Assembly: GCA_963754315.1 (NCBI GenBank)
Contig: CAVWFS010000007.1
Span: 512,001-576,000, forward strand
DNA length: 64,000 nt
Direction: 5' to 3'
From: an uncultured Candidatus Rokubacteria bacterium
GTDB lineage: Bacteria; Methylomirabilota; Methylomirabilia; Rokubacteriales; CSP1-6
The position numbers and the translations under genes were made by a program. A model generated the notes under the pieces. That model saw only the letters and a list, made by a program, of their open reading frames with translations. It was not told where the DNA came from and did not search any database. Below, in pieces: positions 38,823 to 49,105 of this stretch (its first letter is position 1; each line of letters starts with the position of its first letter).

Positions 38823-40067
38823 TTAGGGCAGCCCGAGAAGGACTCGAAAGCGCTCGAGCTCGTGCGTGGGCACGTCGGGACGCGCACGCAGGCTCGCATA
38901 CACCGCGGCGGGGGTCTCATCGATGGCGCGCAGCACCTTGGCGAAGGTCTGCAGGAGCCGGCGCGACTCCTTGGCAGCCTTCTCCTGCGCCACCGAGCTG
39001 GCGATCTTGAGCATCAGGGTGGCGAAGGCGCTGTCGATCTTCAGCTGACCCGCGAGTCGCGCCTGCAGCAGGTGGCGCCCATCCTGGGTCGGCCACGTCT
39101 CATAGTCGATCGTGACAACCGCCTCGCCCGGGATGGACGGGAGCAGCTTGTGGTGAAACTCACCCTTCGCGTAGAGCATCCGGGTTCCGCCGGCCGCATG
39201 CACGACGGTGAGCTGGCCGGTGGCGCCCCAGCCGTCGTCGATGAACATGCCGTCGTCGGTCCGCCAGATTCGATAGCGAGCCAGGCGAAGCGCTCGCGTG
39301 ATGTGAGTCGCAAAATCCGGATGGTCGAGCAAGAACTCGAACACCTCGGGACGGCCAACCATCACTTCGGATTCGGCCCGGGCGGAGACCGAGGGATTGC
39401 GTGTGACCTCATCCAGCCGGGCCCGGCTGAAATGAGTGGCGGGACCGATGGGCAGGACCGGCTTCGTCGTCGGGGAGTCCATTGTTGATGGCGCACGATC
39501 GTCGCTCACCGCGCCGCGCTGCCCGTCTACCAGGACCCCGATCTGGTCGGCGAACACCTCGCCCGGCGCCAAGGGTTCCCCATCGTGGGCGCCTTCCCTC
39601 AGGGCCGACGCCGCATGGCTCACCGCATCTCGCGCGGGTGGCTCGCCTTGCAGAAGCGCTGTCTCCGCCGTGGCAGAGGAGGGCGGGACTGTCGCTTCCG
39701 CTACGGTCGGAGCAATGGTTTCGGCTGCAGGCTGAGAAATGGTTTCGGCCTCGGGCTGAGCAATGGGCTCGGCCGCGGGCTGGGCACGAGTCGGGGCTAC
39801 CGGCTTGGCGGCGATGCCTGCCGGGGTTTGCGTGTTTGGTCGGGTGGCCCTTCGCGCGTCTCTCGGGGCCGCCGGTCCTGGTAATCGGCTGCGATCCTCG
39901 CCAGCGACGACTTCTACGATCGGCGTCTCTGGGTCCTGCCAGAAAGCGCCGAGCGTTCCGCCCAGAAACAGCGAGGTTGTGCCGACCCCCACCAGGAGGT
40001 GGAGCGAAAGAGACGCAGCCACGCTCGCCACGGCGCGGCGGCCATACCCTGCGCGCGGTTCCTCCAT
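38823..40067 (-). CDS. Hypothetical membrane-anchored protein (TonB-like SxxxH anchor, Pro/Ala linker, START/SRPBCC-like C-domain)
   Basis: VAASLSLHLLVG TM, AQPxAExI repeats, globular C-terminus (FEFLLDHPDFA...DDGWG); TATACT 7 nt before ATG 40067. Confidence 0.6.
   Translation of the reverse strand: MEEPRAGYGRRAVASVAASLSLHLLVGVGTTSLFLGGTLGAFWQDPETPIVEVVAGEDRSRLPGPAAPRDARRATRPNTQTPAGIAAKPVAPTRAQPAAEPIAQPEAETISQPAAETIAPTVAEATVPPSSATAETALLQGEPPARDAVSHAASALREGAHDGEPLAPGEVFADQIGVLVDGQRGAVSDDRAPSTMDSPTTKPVLPIGPATHFSRARLDEVTRNPSVSARAESEVMVGRPEVFEFLLDHPDFATHITRALRLARYRIWRTDDGMFIDDGWGATGQLTVVHAAGGTRMLYAKGEFHHKLLPSIPGEAVVTIDYETWPTQDGRHLLQARLAGQLKIDSAFATLMLKIASSVAQEKAAKESRRLLQTFAKVLRAIDETPAAVYASLRARPDVPTHELERFRVLLGLP
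39714..39785. repeat. Three 24-bp coding tandem repeats
   Basis: aatggtttcggctgcaggctgaga / aatggtttcggcctcgggctgagc / aatgggctcggccgcgggctgggc. Confidence 0.8.
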
Positions 40068-40113
40068 GAGGAGAAGTATACGGCGAGGCGGCGCCGAAGC
40101 GCTCCGCTTCAAC

Positions 40114-41808
40114 CTACCCGGGCGTGGGGGCGCGGAGGAAGTCAAAGTCGCATCCGGCATCGGCCTGGAGCACGTGCTCCATGTAGAGGCGACGGTACCC
40201 TCGCGCGAAGCCGGGAGGCGTCTGCACCTGGTGGAGCCGGTGCCGGATCTCAGCGTCCTCCACGAGCAGATCGAGCCGGCGGTCCTTCACGCTGAATCGA
40301 ATACGGTCGCCATGCCGCACCGCGGCCAAGGGGCCGCCCGCCGCGGCCTCCGGCGTCACGTGCAACACGATGGTGCCGAACGCCGTACCGCTCATCCGCG
40401 CGTCCGAGATTCGGACCATGTCGGTCACACCAGCGCGGCTGAGCTTCTGGGGAATCGGCAGGTAACCAGCTTCCGGCATCCCGGGACCACCCAAAGGGCC
40501 CGCGTTCTTCAAGACAAGATAGTCCGTCGGGGTGACGTCGAGGGCGGGGTCGTCGATGCGCGCGGAGAGATCGTCGAGGGACTCGAAGACGATCGCTCGG
40601 CCCTCGCCCTCGAACAGCCGCGTGTCGGCGGCCGAGCGCTTGAGGAGCGCCCCCCGCGGGGCAAGCGAACCGAACAGGGCGACGAGCCCGCCGACGCTCT
40701 GGAACGGATCGGCAGCGCTACGGATCACGCTGCGGTCCACGTAGCGCTCCCCATCCTCGATGCGGGCGCCCAGGGTTTCGCCCGTCACGGTCTGGCAGTC
40801 GAGATGGAGCATGGGGCGCAGCTCGCGCAGGACGGCGGTCATTCCACCTGCCGCGAAGAAGTCCTCCATGTAGTGCTGACCCGAGGGCTTGAGATCGACC
40901 AGCACCGGCGTCTCGTCGCTGATACGGTTGAGCTGCGCCAGCGAGAGCTCAATACCCAGTCGCCCGGCAATGGCGGTGAGATGGATCACGGCGTTGGTGG
41001 AACCCCCTATGGCGAGGAGCACGCGTAGGGCATTTTCGACCGCGGCCGGCGTCATGATCCGTTCCGGTGTCCGCCCCGATCGCGCCAATGCAACCGCCGC
41101 TTCGCCTGATGCTTCGGCCACGCGCAACCGGTCGGCGTGGACGGCGGGCACGGCGCCCGCGCCCACCACCGTCATGCCGAGGGCCTCGGCCACACACGCC
41201 ATCGTGCTCGCCGTCCCCATCACCGCGCACGTCCCCGTCGTGGTCGCCAGCCGCCCTTCGATGCCCGCGATCTCGTCGGGAGACACCTGACCAGCGCGAT
41301 ACTTGCCCCAGAAGCGCCGGCAATCGGTGCACGCGCCGAGCCGCTCCCCCTGCCAGCGCCCGGTCATCATCGATCCCGCCGGCACCTGGATCGCGGGCAC
41401 CCCTGCCGACGCCGCGCCCATGAGCTGCGCGGGAATCGTCTTGTCGCAGCCCCCCACGAGCACGACGGCATCCATCGGCTGGGCGCGGACCATCTCCTCA
41501 ACGTCCATCGACATGAGATTCCGGTACAGCATGCTGGTGGGTTCCAGAAAGACCTCCCCCAGCGAGATGGTGGGAAAATCCAGGGCCAACCCGCCGGCCG
41601 CGGTCACTCCTCGCCGCACCGCCTCCATCAGTTCCGGAAGGTGGCGGTGACAGTTGTTGAACCCACTGCGTGAGTCGGCGATGCCGACGATCGGCCGGGC
41701 GAGAGCAGCCGTCGAGTAGCCCATCGAGCGCGCGAACGAGCGCCGCAGGTAGAGGGCGAAGTCTCGGTCACCATAGTTCGTCAGCCCACGCCGAAGCCCG
41801 TCTGTCAT
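40114..41808 (-). CDS. IlvD/Edd family dihydroxy-acid dehydratase
   Basis: NNCH, GGCDKT, CAVMGTASTM, GGSTN, GPGMPE, ISDARMSGT, HVTPEA. Confidence 0.93.
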   Translation of the reverse strand: MTDGLRRGLTNYGDRDFALYLRRSFARSMGYSTAALARPIVGIADSRSGFNNCHRHLPELMEAVRRGVTAAGGLALDFPTISLGEVFLEPTSMLYRNLMSMDVEEMVRAQPMDAVVLVGGCDKTIPAQLMGAASAGVPAIQVPAGSMMTGRWQGERLGACTDCRRFWGKYRAGQVSPDEIAGIEGRLATTTGTCAVMGTASTMACVAEALGMTVVGAGAVPAVHADRLRVAEASGEAAVALARSGRTPERIMTPAAVENALRVLLAIGGSTNAVIHLTAIAGRLGIELSLAQLNRISDETPVLVDLKPSGQHYMEDFFAAGGMTAVLRELRPMLHLDCQTVTGETLGARIEDGERYVDRSVIRSAADPFQSVGGLVALFGSLAPRGALLKRSAADTRLFEGEGRAIVFESLDDLSARIDDPALDVTPTDYLVLKNAGPLGGPGMPEAGYLPIPQKLSRAGVTDMVRISDARMSGTAFGTIVLHVTPEAAAGGPLAAVRHGDRIRFSVKDRRLDLLVEDAEIRHRLHQVQTPPGFARGYRRLYMEHVLQADAGCDFDFLRAPTPG

Positions 41809-43046
41809 CCTCGTTGGTCTCCGAACTGGTGAAAGACCAGTCCATCCAGGAGCTTGGGGTAGAAATGTGTCGACTTGGGTGGCAGCACCTCGCCCCCGGC
41901 CACGATGGTCTTGAGCGCCTGAGGCGTGGTAGGCGCGATGAGGAACGCGGCCTGGCACTCGCCGTCGCGGGCCAGACGTACGGCCTCGGCCTGGTCGGCC
42001 GTGTAGTCGACCTGGCTCGCCGGTTCGCGCTGCGCATCGGTCACGTGAAGGAGCGGCTTGAGCAGTCCTTCGTGGAGGATGGCGACCGCCAGTTCCCGCC
42101 AGGCGCGCGAGGTTGCCGCGGGCCACGCGATGCGGTCGAAGGCGTCTGGCCGCATGGCGAACACGGCGGACCCGGCCGCGGTCACCACCCCGATGCGTCG
42201 AGGCGTGGGCTGAAACGTCAGGGCATCGCTCAGGGGCGACACCTCGAACCAGGGGCGAGCGATCGCAGCCAGGCTGGCCAACGAGAATCTCTCCACGCCG
42301 CTCAGCAGCCGGTGATTGGCCAAGATGGTGAGGCCGGGAGCCTCCAGCGCGAAGAAGGCCATGAGCTTCTCGGCGGCGGCCGGGTGTCCACGTGCGTATT
42401 CCACGGCGGTCTCGTAACGGTGGTGACCATCGGCAATCATCACGGGTCGGGTGGCCATCAGCGCCTGCGTGGTCGCGATCACGCCCGGATCGGTGATCCG
42501 CCAGAGCCCGTGCCAGTCACCGTGCAGATCCCTCGCTTCGACGAGGGGCTCACCTTTGGGTTCAGTCGCGTCCCGGATCTCGCCGCACGGATCGCTCACC
42601 AGCATGAAGAGCAGCCCGATGTCCGCGGCCGTGGCTTCCAGCAGCTTCAGGCGATCGAGCTTGGGCCCGGCTTGGGTCCGTTCGTGAGGAAGCACCACGC
42701 CCTCCGCGTAGTCGCTCACTTCCCCGAGCGCGATGAAGCCGCGGCGGGTGACAGGCTGGCCCTCCACCTGGTACGTCTGATGATACGGATAGATCGCCGC
42801 TTCCTCGTCACGCGCCCACACGCCCTCTGCCAGCCAGCCGTCGAGGACACCGCGCGCCCGGGCGTACTTGTCGAGGCCAGGATCGTCCTTGCCGTAGGTC
42901 ACGCGGACGATGTTGTCAGGACTCAACCCGTACAGACGGTCCTGGGTGTCGGGGCTGATCTGGTCGTAGGGAGGGGCAACCACGCTCGACAGATCGCGGG
43001 ACCGACCGCGCGCATAGCGGTACCCGCGCAGAGCCTTGATCCTCAC
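41805..43046 (-). CDS. DUF1015 family protein
   Basis: APPYD, LPHE.T...PK.DR, IADGHHRYETA, LPPKSTHFYPK. Confidence 0.92.
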   Translation of the reverse strand: MRIKALRGYRYARGRSRDLSSVVAPPYDQISPDTQDRLYGLSPDNIVRVTYGKDDPGLDKYARARGVLDGWLAEGVWARDEEAAIYPYHQTYQVEGQPVTRRGFIALGEVSDYAEGVVLPHERTQAGPKLDRLKLLEATAADIGLLFMLVSDPCGEIRDATEPKGEPLVEARDLHGDWHGLWRITDPGVIATTQALMATRPVMIADGHHRYETAVEYARGHPAAAEKLMAFFALEAPGLTILANHRLLSGVERFSLASLAAIARPWFEVSPLSDALTFQPTPRRIGVVTAAGSAVFAMRPDAFDRIAWPAATSRAWRELAVAILHEGLLKPLLHVTDAQREPASQVDYTADQAEAVRLARDGECQAAFLIAPTTPQALKTIVAGGEVLPPKSTHFYPKLLDGLVFHQFGDQRG

Positions 43047-44191
43047 GAGGCAGGGTGACCCGCCAGCGCCGTGCGCGCAGCGAGGACGAGACGTTCCGCC
43101 TCTTCGACCGTTTCGGCCAGTGCCGTCAGATGCCCCATCTTGCGTCCCGGCCGTGGCTCGAGCTTGCCGTAGAGGTGCACCTTGACGTTCGGCCAGCGGC
43201 AGGCAGCGGCCCAGTCTGGCGTTGTGTCGCGCCACGCGTCACCCAGGATATTGGCCATGGCGGCCGGCCTCAACAACTCCGTGGACCCCAGGGGAAGCCC
43301 GCAGACAGCCCGCAACTGTTGCTCGAACTGGCTGGTGACCGACGCGTCGAATGTCAGGTGCCCGGAATTGTGGGGGCGTGGCGCCAGCTCGTTGACGAGG
43401 ATGCGACCCTGCCGGGTCAGAAAGAACTCGACGCACAACACACCCACGACGTCGAGTTCCTCGACCAACCCTTCGGCGAGTCGTACGACCTCCCGACTGA
43501 TGTGCTCCCCGACCCGCGCCGGCGCCGTCGACACGTCGAGGATGTGATGACGATGGCGATTCTCGATGGCGCCCCAGTGGACGATGGCGCCGTCGAGGCC
43601 GCGGGCGACGACCACCGAAATCTCACGCTCGAAATCGACGAAGGCCTCGAGGATCGCCGCCTGCCCGCCCGCCTGTTGCCACGCGTAAACCGCGTCGGTC
43701 GGCGAGCCCAAGCGATACTGCCCCTTGCCGTCGTAGCCATAGCCCGCCGTCTTCAGCACGGCGGGGCAGCCGAGTTGCGCGACGCCGAGCCGGAGCTCCT
43801 CCAGAGAGGTCACCGCCACGAATGGCGTGACAGGAAAGCCCGCCTTCTCGAGAAACGTCTTCTCCCGAACGCGCTGCTGCGTCGTGTGCAGGACACGGCC
43901 CGCTGGACGGACCGGAGCCTCTTCTGCGGCCACTTCGGCCGCGGCGGCCGGGACGTTCTCAAATTCGAAGGTCACCACGCTCACCTCGCGAGCAAACCGC
44001 CGTATCGCGTGGAGGTCTTCGTAGGACGCCGTGACCTCCACGTCCGCCACTTGTCCGGTGGGTGTCTCGCTGTCCGGTGAATACGTGTGGACCCGGTACC
44101 CCATGCGGCGCGCGGCGATGGCGAACATACGGCCGAGCTGGCCGCTGCCGAGCACCCCGATCACCGCCCCGGGCAGAATGGGGCTGATCAC
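43043..44191 (-). CDS. purK: N5-CAIR synthetase
   Basis: [46 protein letters not shown]. Confidence 0.96.
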   Translation of the reverse strand: MISPILPGAVIGVLGSGQLGRMFAIAARRMGYRVHTYSPDSETPTGQVADVEVTASYEDLHAIRRFAREVSVVTFEFENVPAAAAEVAAEEAPVRPAGRVLHTTQQRVREKTFLEKAGFPVTPFVAVTSLEELRLGVAQLGCPAVLKTAGYGYDGKGQYRLGSPTDAVYAWQQAGGQAAILEAFVDFEREISVVVARGLDGAIVHWGAIENRHRHHILDVSTAPARVGEHISREVVRLAEGLVEELDVVGVLCVEFFLTRQGRILVNELAPRPHNSGHLTFDASVTSQFEQQLRAVCGLPLGSTELLRPAAMANILGDAWRDTTPDWAAACRWPNVKVHLYGKLEPRPGRKMGHLTALAETVEEAERLVLAARTALAGHPAS

Positions 44192-44676
44192 GGCAGCGTG
44201 TCCTGGCGAACCCTGCGCGTCTGCTCGTCCCGAAATGCGCGCAGCGCCGTTCGGATGGGCGGCCGGGTCGCGGACACGATCGCGGCTGCAAGGAGCCCCG
44301 CGTTGGTGGCGCCGGCCGGTCCGATGGCGAGCGTCCCGACAGGAACACCACCCGGCATCTGGACGATCGACATCAACGAGTCGAGTCCCTTGAGGGCCCG
44401 GGTCTCTACTGGCACTCCGAGGACGGGCAGGAGCGTGTGCGCGGCTACCATCCCTGGGAGGTGGGCTGCCCCGCCCGCGCCCGCGATGATGACCTCGATC
44501 CCTCGACCCTCGGCGGCGCTCGCGTACTCGGCCATCCAGGCCGGTGTGCGATGGGCCGAGACAATGGCGCACTCGTGAGGCACCCCTAGGCGCGTCAGTA
44601 CCTCATCGGCGTGGCGCATCGTCTCCCAGTCGGACTTGCTTCCCATGATCACGGCAACCAGCGGTGTCTCGCTCAT
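44188..44676 (-). CDS. purE: N5-CAIR mutase
   Basis: [36 protein letters not shown]. Confidence 0.97.
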   Translation of the reverse strand: MSETPLVAVIMGSKSDWETMRHADEVLTRLGVPHECAIVSAHRTPAWMAEYASAAEGRGIEVIIAGAGGAAHLPGMVAAHTLLPVLGVPVETRALKGLDSLMSIVQMPGGVPVGTLAIGPAGATNAGLLAAAIVSATRPPIRTALRAFRDEQTRRVRQDTLP

Positions 44677-44755
44677 GACACCTCCGCGTTGTCGATTGTA
44701 AGTCAGAGCTTCCGCTATCGCTCTCGCCCAGTGCCGGCTCGGTGTATCCTGGGAG

Positions 44756-45166
44756 ATGATGTGGATGGTTGGGCTCCGGCAACGCGCGGGATGCGGCCTG
44801 GTGGGCGCGGCGCTGATACTCCTGCAGCTCGGTAGCGGAGGGACACCAACCTCGCGCGCCATCAATCAAGTGAAGGCACGTGCCGCCCGGCCCCTGACAC
44901 CGCTACCCCCTGCCCCCCCTACCTCACTGAGCCCGGTCTGGGTACCCGACCGTGTTGTCCCCTCACCGTTCGCCCCCGCTGGCGTCCGTGTCCCGGGCCA
45001 CTGGGAGCAGCCTTACGGCCTCGGGCAGTACCTCGTGCCCCCGTTGGTCGTGTGTGATCAGGCGAGCGGCGTCTGCAATACGCTGGCGGGCGGCGTGCAG
45101 GGGCCCGTCGAGCAGCGCCCGTTGCCTACCGACCCTACCTTGATTCGGGGGGGTATAGGGCAGTAG
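44756..45166 (+). CDS. Hypothetical Pro-rich exported protein
   Basis: N-terminal hydrophobic segment; VWVP...VPGHWE motif; TATCCT just upstream. Confidence 0.5.
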   Translation: MMWMVGLRQRAGCGLVGAALILLQLGSGGTPTSRAINQVKARAARPLTPLPPAPPTSLSPVWVPDRVVPSPFAPAGVRVPGHWEQPYGLGQYLVPPLVVCDQASGVCNTLAGGVQGPVEQRPLPTDPTLIRGGIGQ

Positions 45167-45208
45167 CTGGGCATCGGGGACAAAGTACGTGTCCCTGACC
45201 CTGCCCTA
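45156..45208. terminator. Stem-loop, possible terminator or REP-like element
   Basis: TAGGGCAG/CTGCCCTA outer stem and TCGGGGACA/TGTCCCTGA inner stem. Confidence 0.4.
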
Positions 45209-45380
45209 GGGGAGGCCCCAAGCACCGCTACCGTTACGGCTCGCTCTCAGCGCGCCGACGAGGGTTGATTCGTGCCGTCCGCGGGTCAAAAGAATCGAAT
45301 AAAGTAGCGGAATAGCCCCGCAATGCGGTATTCCACGCTGGGGTGTGCTCTCACACCCGGTCAGGAGGCGCCTCGAGCCA

Positions 45381-45815
45381 ATGCGAAGAGCGGGAGGAAG
45401 CGGCACGACTCAGGCATGGGGTATCCTGCTCCTGCGTCTTGTCATCGGTGGCGTGTATGTCATGCATGGCTACCTCGCCATCGCGGTGCTCGGTCCCCAG
45501 ACAGCAGCGGGCTACATCACCCGCATGGGATACCCATCGGCACTGGGCACTGCCCTCGCGTGGTACCTGATCGTCGCGCACCTCGTCGGTGGCGTGATGA
45601 TTATCATCGGCCTCTGGACGCGCTGGGCGGCGCTGGCGAATATCCCCCCAATGGCATCGGCCGTCCTCCTTCTGCATTTCCAGCAGGGTTTCTTCATGAA
45701 GCCGGTGGGGCCCACGAGCGTCGGCGGCTACGAATTCTCGCTCACCATTCTGGTAGCGACGGTCGCCCTCGTCTTGCTCGGCTCGGGGGCAGCGTCGATC
45801 GACGGCGGGCGTTAG
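45381..45815 (+). CDS. DoxX family membrane protein
   Basis: LLLRL..G...HG, GLWTRWAA, H...GFF, GGYEF, G.G..SID; AGGAGG SD. Confidence 0.9.
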   Translation: MRRAGGSGTTQAWGILLLRLVIGGVYVMHGYLAIAVLGPQTAAGYITRMGYPSALGTALAWYLIVAHLVGGVMIIIGLWTRWAALANIPPMASAVLLLHFQQGFFMKPVGPTSVGGYEFSLTILVATVALVLLGSGAASIDGGR

Positions 45816-45925
45816 TATTGGGGGCCTCGAGAGCCCCCCACGTTCGGGGTGCCCCGGGGAACCGGTGGCACCCCTCTGGATTGCGCCAGCCTTCGGGGCC
45901 TCGAAAGGGCTCCCCAAGCCCCCCA
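45816..45925. repeat. Triple-hairpin miniature palindromic element, copy 2 (intergenic)
   Basis: TGGGGGC-CTCGAGA-GCCCCCCA, GGGGTGCCCCGG-GGAA-CCGGTGGCACCCC, GGGGCC-TCGAAAG-GGCTCCCC; colinear with 34204-34320. Confidence 0.85.
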
Positions 45926-45948
45926 CGATGTTCTGCTACCATCGCCAC

Positions 45949-46887
45949 ATGGCTCGCCAGCACCGGCTCGACGCGGCGACAGTTCACTACGAGTGGAACA
46001 ACGGCCTTCCGCCACGCCTGAGCATCGACCCGGGCGACACTGTCGTCTTCGACACCCGCGACGCCGCTGACGGGTTCTACTCGCTCAGCTCGACCTCGGC
46101 CGACGTGGAGGCGCGTGGTCCCTTCCGGGGGCATCCGCTCACGGGTCCCGTCGAGGTACGTGGAGCCCGGCCGGGTGACGTCCTTGTCGTGGACATCATG
46201 GAGGTGAGACCAGCCGCAACGTTCGGCTGGACGGCAATTCGACCTGGACGTGGTTTGCTGCCGGAGAGCGATTTTCCCAAGGCATTTCTCCAGCTATGGG
46301 ATCTCACCGACGGCCACCATGCCCGCATGGGGCATGGCATCGCCGTGCCCATCGAAGCGTTTCCCGGAGTCATGGGCACCGCCCTCGATGAGCCTGGCGG
46401 ACACAGCACGATGCCGCCCCGAAAGAATGGCGGCAACATGGACGTGAAGCAGCTCCGCGCAGGCTCGACCCTGCATCTGCCCGTGTGGGTCGAGGGGGCC
46501 CTGTTCAGCGTGGGCGATGCACACGCCGCCCAGGGTGACGGAGAAGTCTGTGTCACCGCCGTCGAGATGAGCGCCCGGGTCACCCTGCGCTTCACTCTGC
46601 AACGGGGGCACCCGCTGGCAGAGCCCACGCTCAGGACGCGCGGGCTGCTGCCGACGGCGACGAACGCGGGCTCCTTCTTCGCGACCACCGCCCACGGGCC
46701 CGACCTCTTCGCGGCCGCCCAGCAAGCCGTCCGCTACATGGTCGAGCACCTCGTCCGTGAGCGAGGCCTCAGCCGCGAGCAGGCCTATGTGCTGTCGAGT
46801 GTTGCCGTCGATCTCAAGATCAGCGAGATCGTCGACGCGCCGAACTGGATCGTGTCGGCGTTCTTGCCCGAGAGCATTTTCACCTAG
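45949..46887 (+). CDS. Acetamidase/formamidase family protein
   Basis: HPLTGPV, PFPG-like AFPGVMG, GGNMD, GDAHAAQGDGEVC..AVE, EIVD.PN. Confidence 0.93.
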   Translation: MARQHRLDAATVHYEWNNGLPPRLSIDPGDTVVFDTRDAADGFYSLSSTSADVEARGPFRGHPLTGPVEVRGARPGDVLVVDIMEVRPAATFGWTAIRPGRGLLPESDFPKAFLQLWDLTDGHHARMGHGIAVPIEAFPGVMGTALDEPGGHSTMPPRKNGGNMDVKQLRAGSTLHLPVWVEGALFSVGDAHAAQGDGEVCVTAVEMSARVTLRFTLQRGHPLAEPTLRTRGLLPTATNAGSFFATTAHGPDLFAAAQQAVRYMVEHLVRERGLSREQAYVLSSVAVDLKISEIVDAPNWIVSAFLPESIFT

Positions 46888-46912
46888 AGACGCGAAGGAT
46901 CGGGAGGACATC

Positions 46913-47752
46913 ATGCACACCGGACTCTGTATGTTCGCCACGGAGTACGCGATTCGAATCGACGAGCTGGCGCGGGCCGCCGAGGAGCGCGGCTTCGAAT
47001 CGCTCTGGGTCCCCGAGCACACGCACATCCCCAAGAGTCGCAAGACTCCGTTCCCGGCTGGCGAGCCGCTACCCAAGGAGTACTCCCACACCCTCGACCC
47101 CTTCGTGTCGCTGATGGCGGCCGCCGCTGCCACCAAGAAGCTCCGCGTGGGAACCGGCATTTGCCTCGTCATCGAGCGCGACCCGATCGTGACGGCCAAG
47201 GAGGTCGCGAGCCTCGACCTGCTGTCGGGCGGCCGCTTCGAGCTTGGCATCGGGGCTGGCTGGAACCAGGACGAGATGGAGAATCACGGCACCATCTACA
47301 AGGCGCGCTATCCCATCCTTCGTGAAAAGGTTCTGGCCATGAAGGAGATCTGGACGAAGGCCGAGGCGCAGTTTCATGGCGAGTTCGTGAACTTCGATCC
47401 GATCTGGGCGTATCCGAAGCCCGTGCAGAAGCCGCACCCGCCAGTCCTCATCGGGGGCGAGTCGAGTCACACCTTGCAGCGGGTCGTAGATTACTGCGAC
47501 GGCTGGTTTCCTCGAGGCCGCAGTCCCGAGATTATCCTTCCCGCTCTCACGGACCTCAAGGCACGAGCGGCCAAGGCCGGGCGAGATATCAAAACCATCA
47601 CCGTCTCGGTGTTCGGCGCGAAGCCGGATGCCGGCGTGCTCGACCAGTACGCGGCCGCCGGTGTGACGCGCGCCATCTTTCGGCTCCCGTCCGAGGGCCG
47701 GGACACGATCCTTCCCATGCTCGATCAGTTCGCCAAGCTGATCCGGCGCTGA
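46913..47752 (+). CDS. LLM class (probable F420-dependent) oxidoreductase, Rv2161c-like
   Basis: AEERGFESLWVPEHTHIP, DPFV, AKEVASLD.LSGGRF.LGIGAGW, PKPVQKPHPP. Confidence 0.9.
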   Translation: MHTGLCMFATEYAIRIDELARAAEERGFESLWVPEHTHIPKSRKTPFPAGEPLPKEYSHTLDPFVSLMAAAAATKKLRVGTGICLVIERDPIVTAKEVASLDLLSGGRFELGIGAGWNQDEMENHGTIYKARYPILREKVLAMKEIWTKAEAQFHGEFVNFDPIWAYPKPVQKPHPPVLIGGESSHTLQRVVDYCDGWFPRGRSPEIILPALTDLKARAAKAGRDIKTITVSVFGAKPDAGVLDQYAAAGVTRAIFRLPSEGRDTILPMLDQFAKLIRR

Positions 47753-47757
47753 CCGGA

Positions 47758-48192
47758 GTGGCTCCGTCCCTCCCCACCTGGGCCGGCGATCTTCTGCGGA
47801 CGGCTCGCGTGGGGAGGTTGGCCACCGCGGATGCGCATGGGTGTCCGCTGGTGGTGCCGGTGTGCTTCTGCTTCGACGGCAACACGGTGTACTCGGCCAT
47901 CGATGCCAAGCCCAAGCGCGCCACGGGACGGGCGCTACGCCGAGTCCGTAACATCGAGGAGAACCCTCAGGTTTCGCTCGTTGTCGACGAGTACGACGAG
48001 GACTGGACCCGTCTTCGCTACGTGATCGTGGACGGTCGGGCCGCCCTCCTCACCGAGGGACCGGCTTATAGCGGCGCCGTCGACCTGCTGACCGCCAAGT
48101 ATCCGCAATACCGTGTTCTCGGTCTCGATCGGGTGTCGGGGCTCGTCATCGCCATCACCCCTGGCCGGATCCTCTCCTGGCGATTCGCGTAA
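47758..48192 (+). CDS. PPOX class (probable F420-dependent) enzyme, Rv0121-like
   Basis: RLATAD, VPVCF, AIDAKPK, LRRVRNI..NP.VSLVVD.YDEDW, KYPQY. Confidence 0.9.
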   Translation: MAPSLPTWAGDLLRTARVGRLATADAHGCPLVVPVCFCFDGNTVYSAIDAKPKRATGRALRRVRNIEENPQVSLVVDEYDEDWTRLRYVIVDGRAALLTEGPAYSGAVDLLTAKYPQYRVLGLDRVSGLVIAITPGRILSWRFA

Positions 48193-48285
48193 CAGGCGGC
48201 GGGCGGCCGGGTTTGGTCAGTCTTTGCTATGATCCTCGAGGGGCTCGCGATACCGATCACCGTGGGAAGCCGAGGCTGGAAGAAC

Positions 48286-48471
48286 ATGAGGTTCGAAGTC
48301 GAGGTCTACCAGAACGATGTGGGTGAATGGGTAGCCACTGCCGTCGAGTACGACATCACCGCCACCGGCCGGACCGAGAAGGAGTCGCTGGCGATCCTGA
48401 TGAACTCGCTCACGACACACATCTCCAAGGGTGGGGCCAAGAAAGTCCGCCCGGTCCAGCAGGAGGGGTGA
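48286..48471 (+). CDS. Small HicB-like (RNase H-fold) protein
   Basis: FEVEVYQNDVGEWVA.......ATGRTEKESLA pattern; 61 aa. Confidence 0.55.
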   Translation: MRFEVEVYQNDVGEWVATAVEYDITATGRTEKESLAILMNSLTTHISKGGAKKVRPVQQEG

Positions 48472-48499
48472 TCGAGGCCACGCGCCGTCGGGCTAGCCT

Positions 48500-49105
48500 G
48501 TGATCAGGGAGTCGGTCGATGACTTTCTGGAACAGCTGGCCAGCGGCTCTCCAGCTCCGGCCGGCGGCAGCGCAGCCGCCCTGGCGGCCGCAGCGAGTGC
48601 TGGACTCGTCGGTATGGTGTGCCGTGTAGCGATCCGGCACGCGGCGGGCGGCGCGACACTTGCCGAAGCGGGACGCGAGGCCGATGAACTACGGCAGCGC
48701 CTGGTGACGCTCATGCGGGATGACGCCCTGGCGTTCACGGCTCTGCTGGAGGCTCGGCGGGGCTCGGGCGCCCGGCCAAGCCACGCCGTGCGAGAGGCCG
48801 CGCGTCGGGCCACCCAGGTCCCGCTGGATATCGTCGAGTCCTCGCAACGCGTCCTCGGGCTCTGTGAGCGGGTTGCTTCCGAAGCGCGACCGAGCACCGT
48901 GGCGGACCTCGGCGTTGCGATAGCGCTGGCCGGCGCCGCCTTCGACGGCGCGACCCTCACTGTTCGGGTGAATCTGAAGGGCCTGGACGACCCTGTCTAC
49001 GCGGCGCGCACTGCGGGCACACTCGACCGCTTGACCGGTGAGGTCACCGCCTTGCGCCACCGTGTCGCTCAGGTCATCTCGGGCCGAACGGGGATTTTGG
49101 CATGA
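48500..49105 (+). CDS. Formiminotetrahydrofolate cyclodeaminase / cyclohydrolase family protein
   Basis: FLEQLAS.SPAPAGGSAAA, D..AF, ATQVP, DLGVA, VNL. Confidence 0.9.
   Translation: MIRESVDDFLEQLASGSPAPAGGSAAALAAAASAGLVGMVCRVAIRHAAGGATLAEAGREADELRQRLVTLMRDDALAFTALLEARRGSGARPSHAVREAARRATQVPLDIVESSQRVLGLCERVASEARPSTVADLGVAIALAGAAFDGATLTVRVNLKGLDDPVYAARTAGTLDRLTGEVTALRHRVAQVISGRTGILA

Noticed and set aside
34204..45925. CRISPR array or autonomous IS from the repeated hairpins
   Set aside because: Only two dispersed composite copies, no repeat-spacer periodicity, and no cas or transposase gene.
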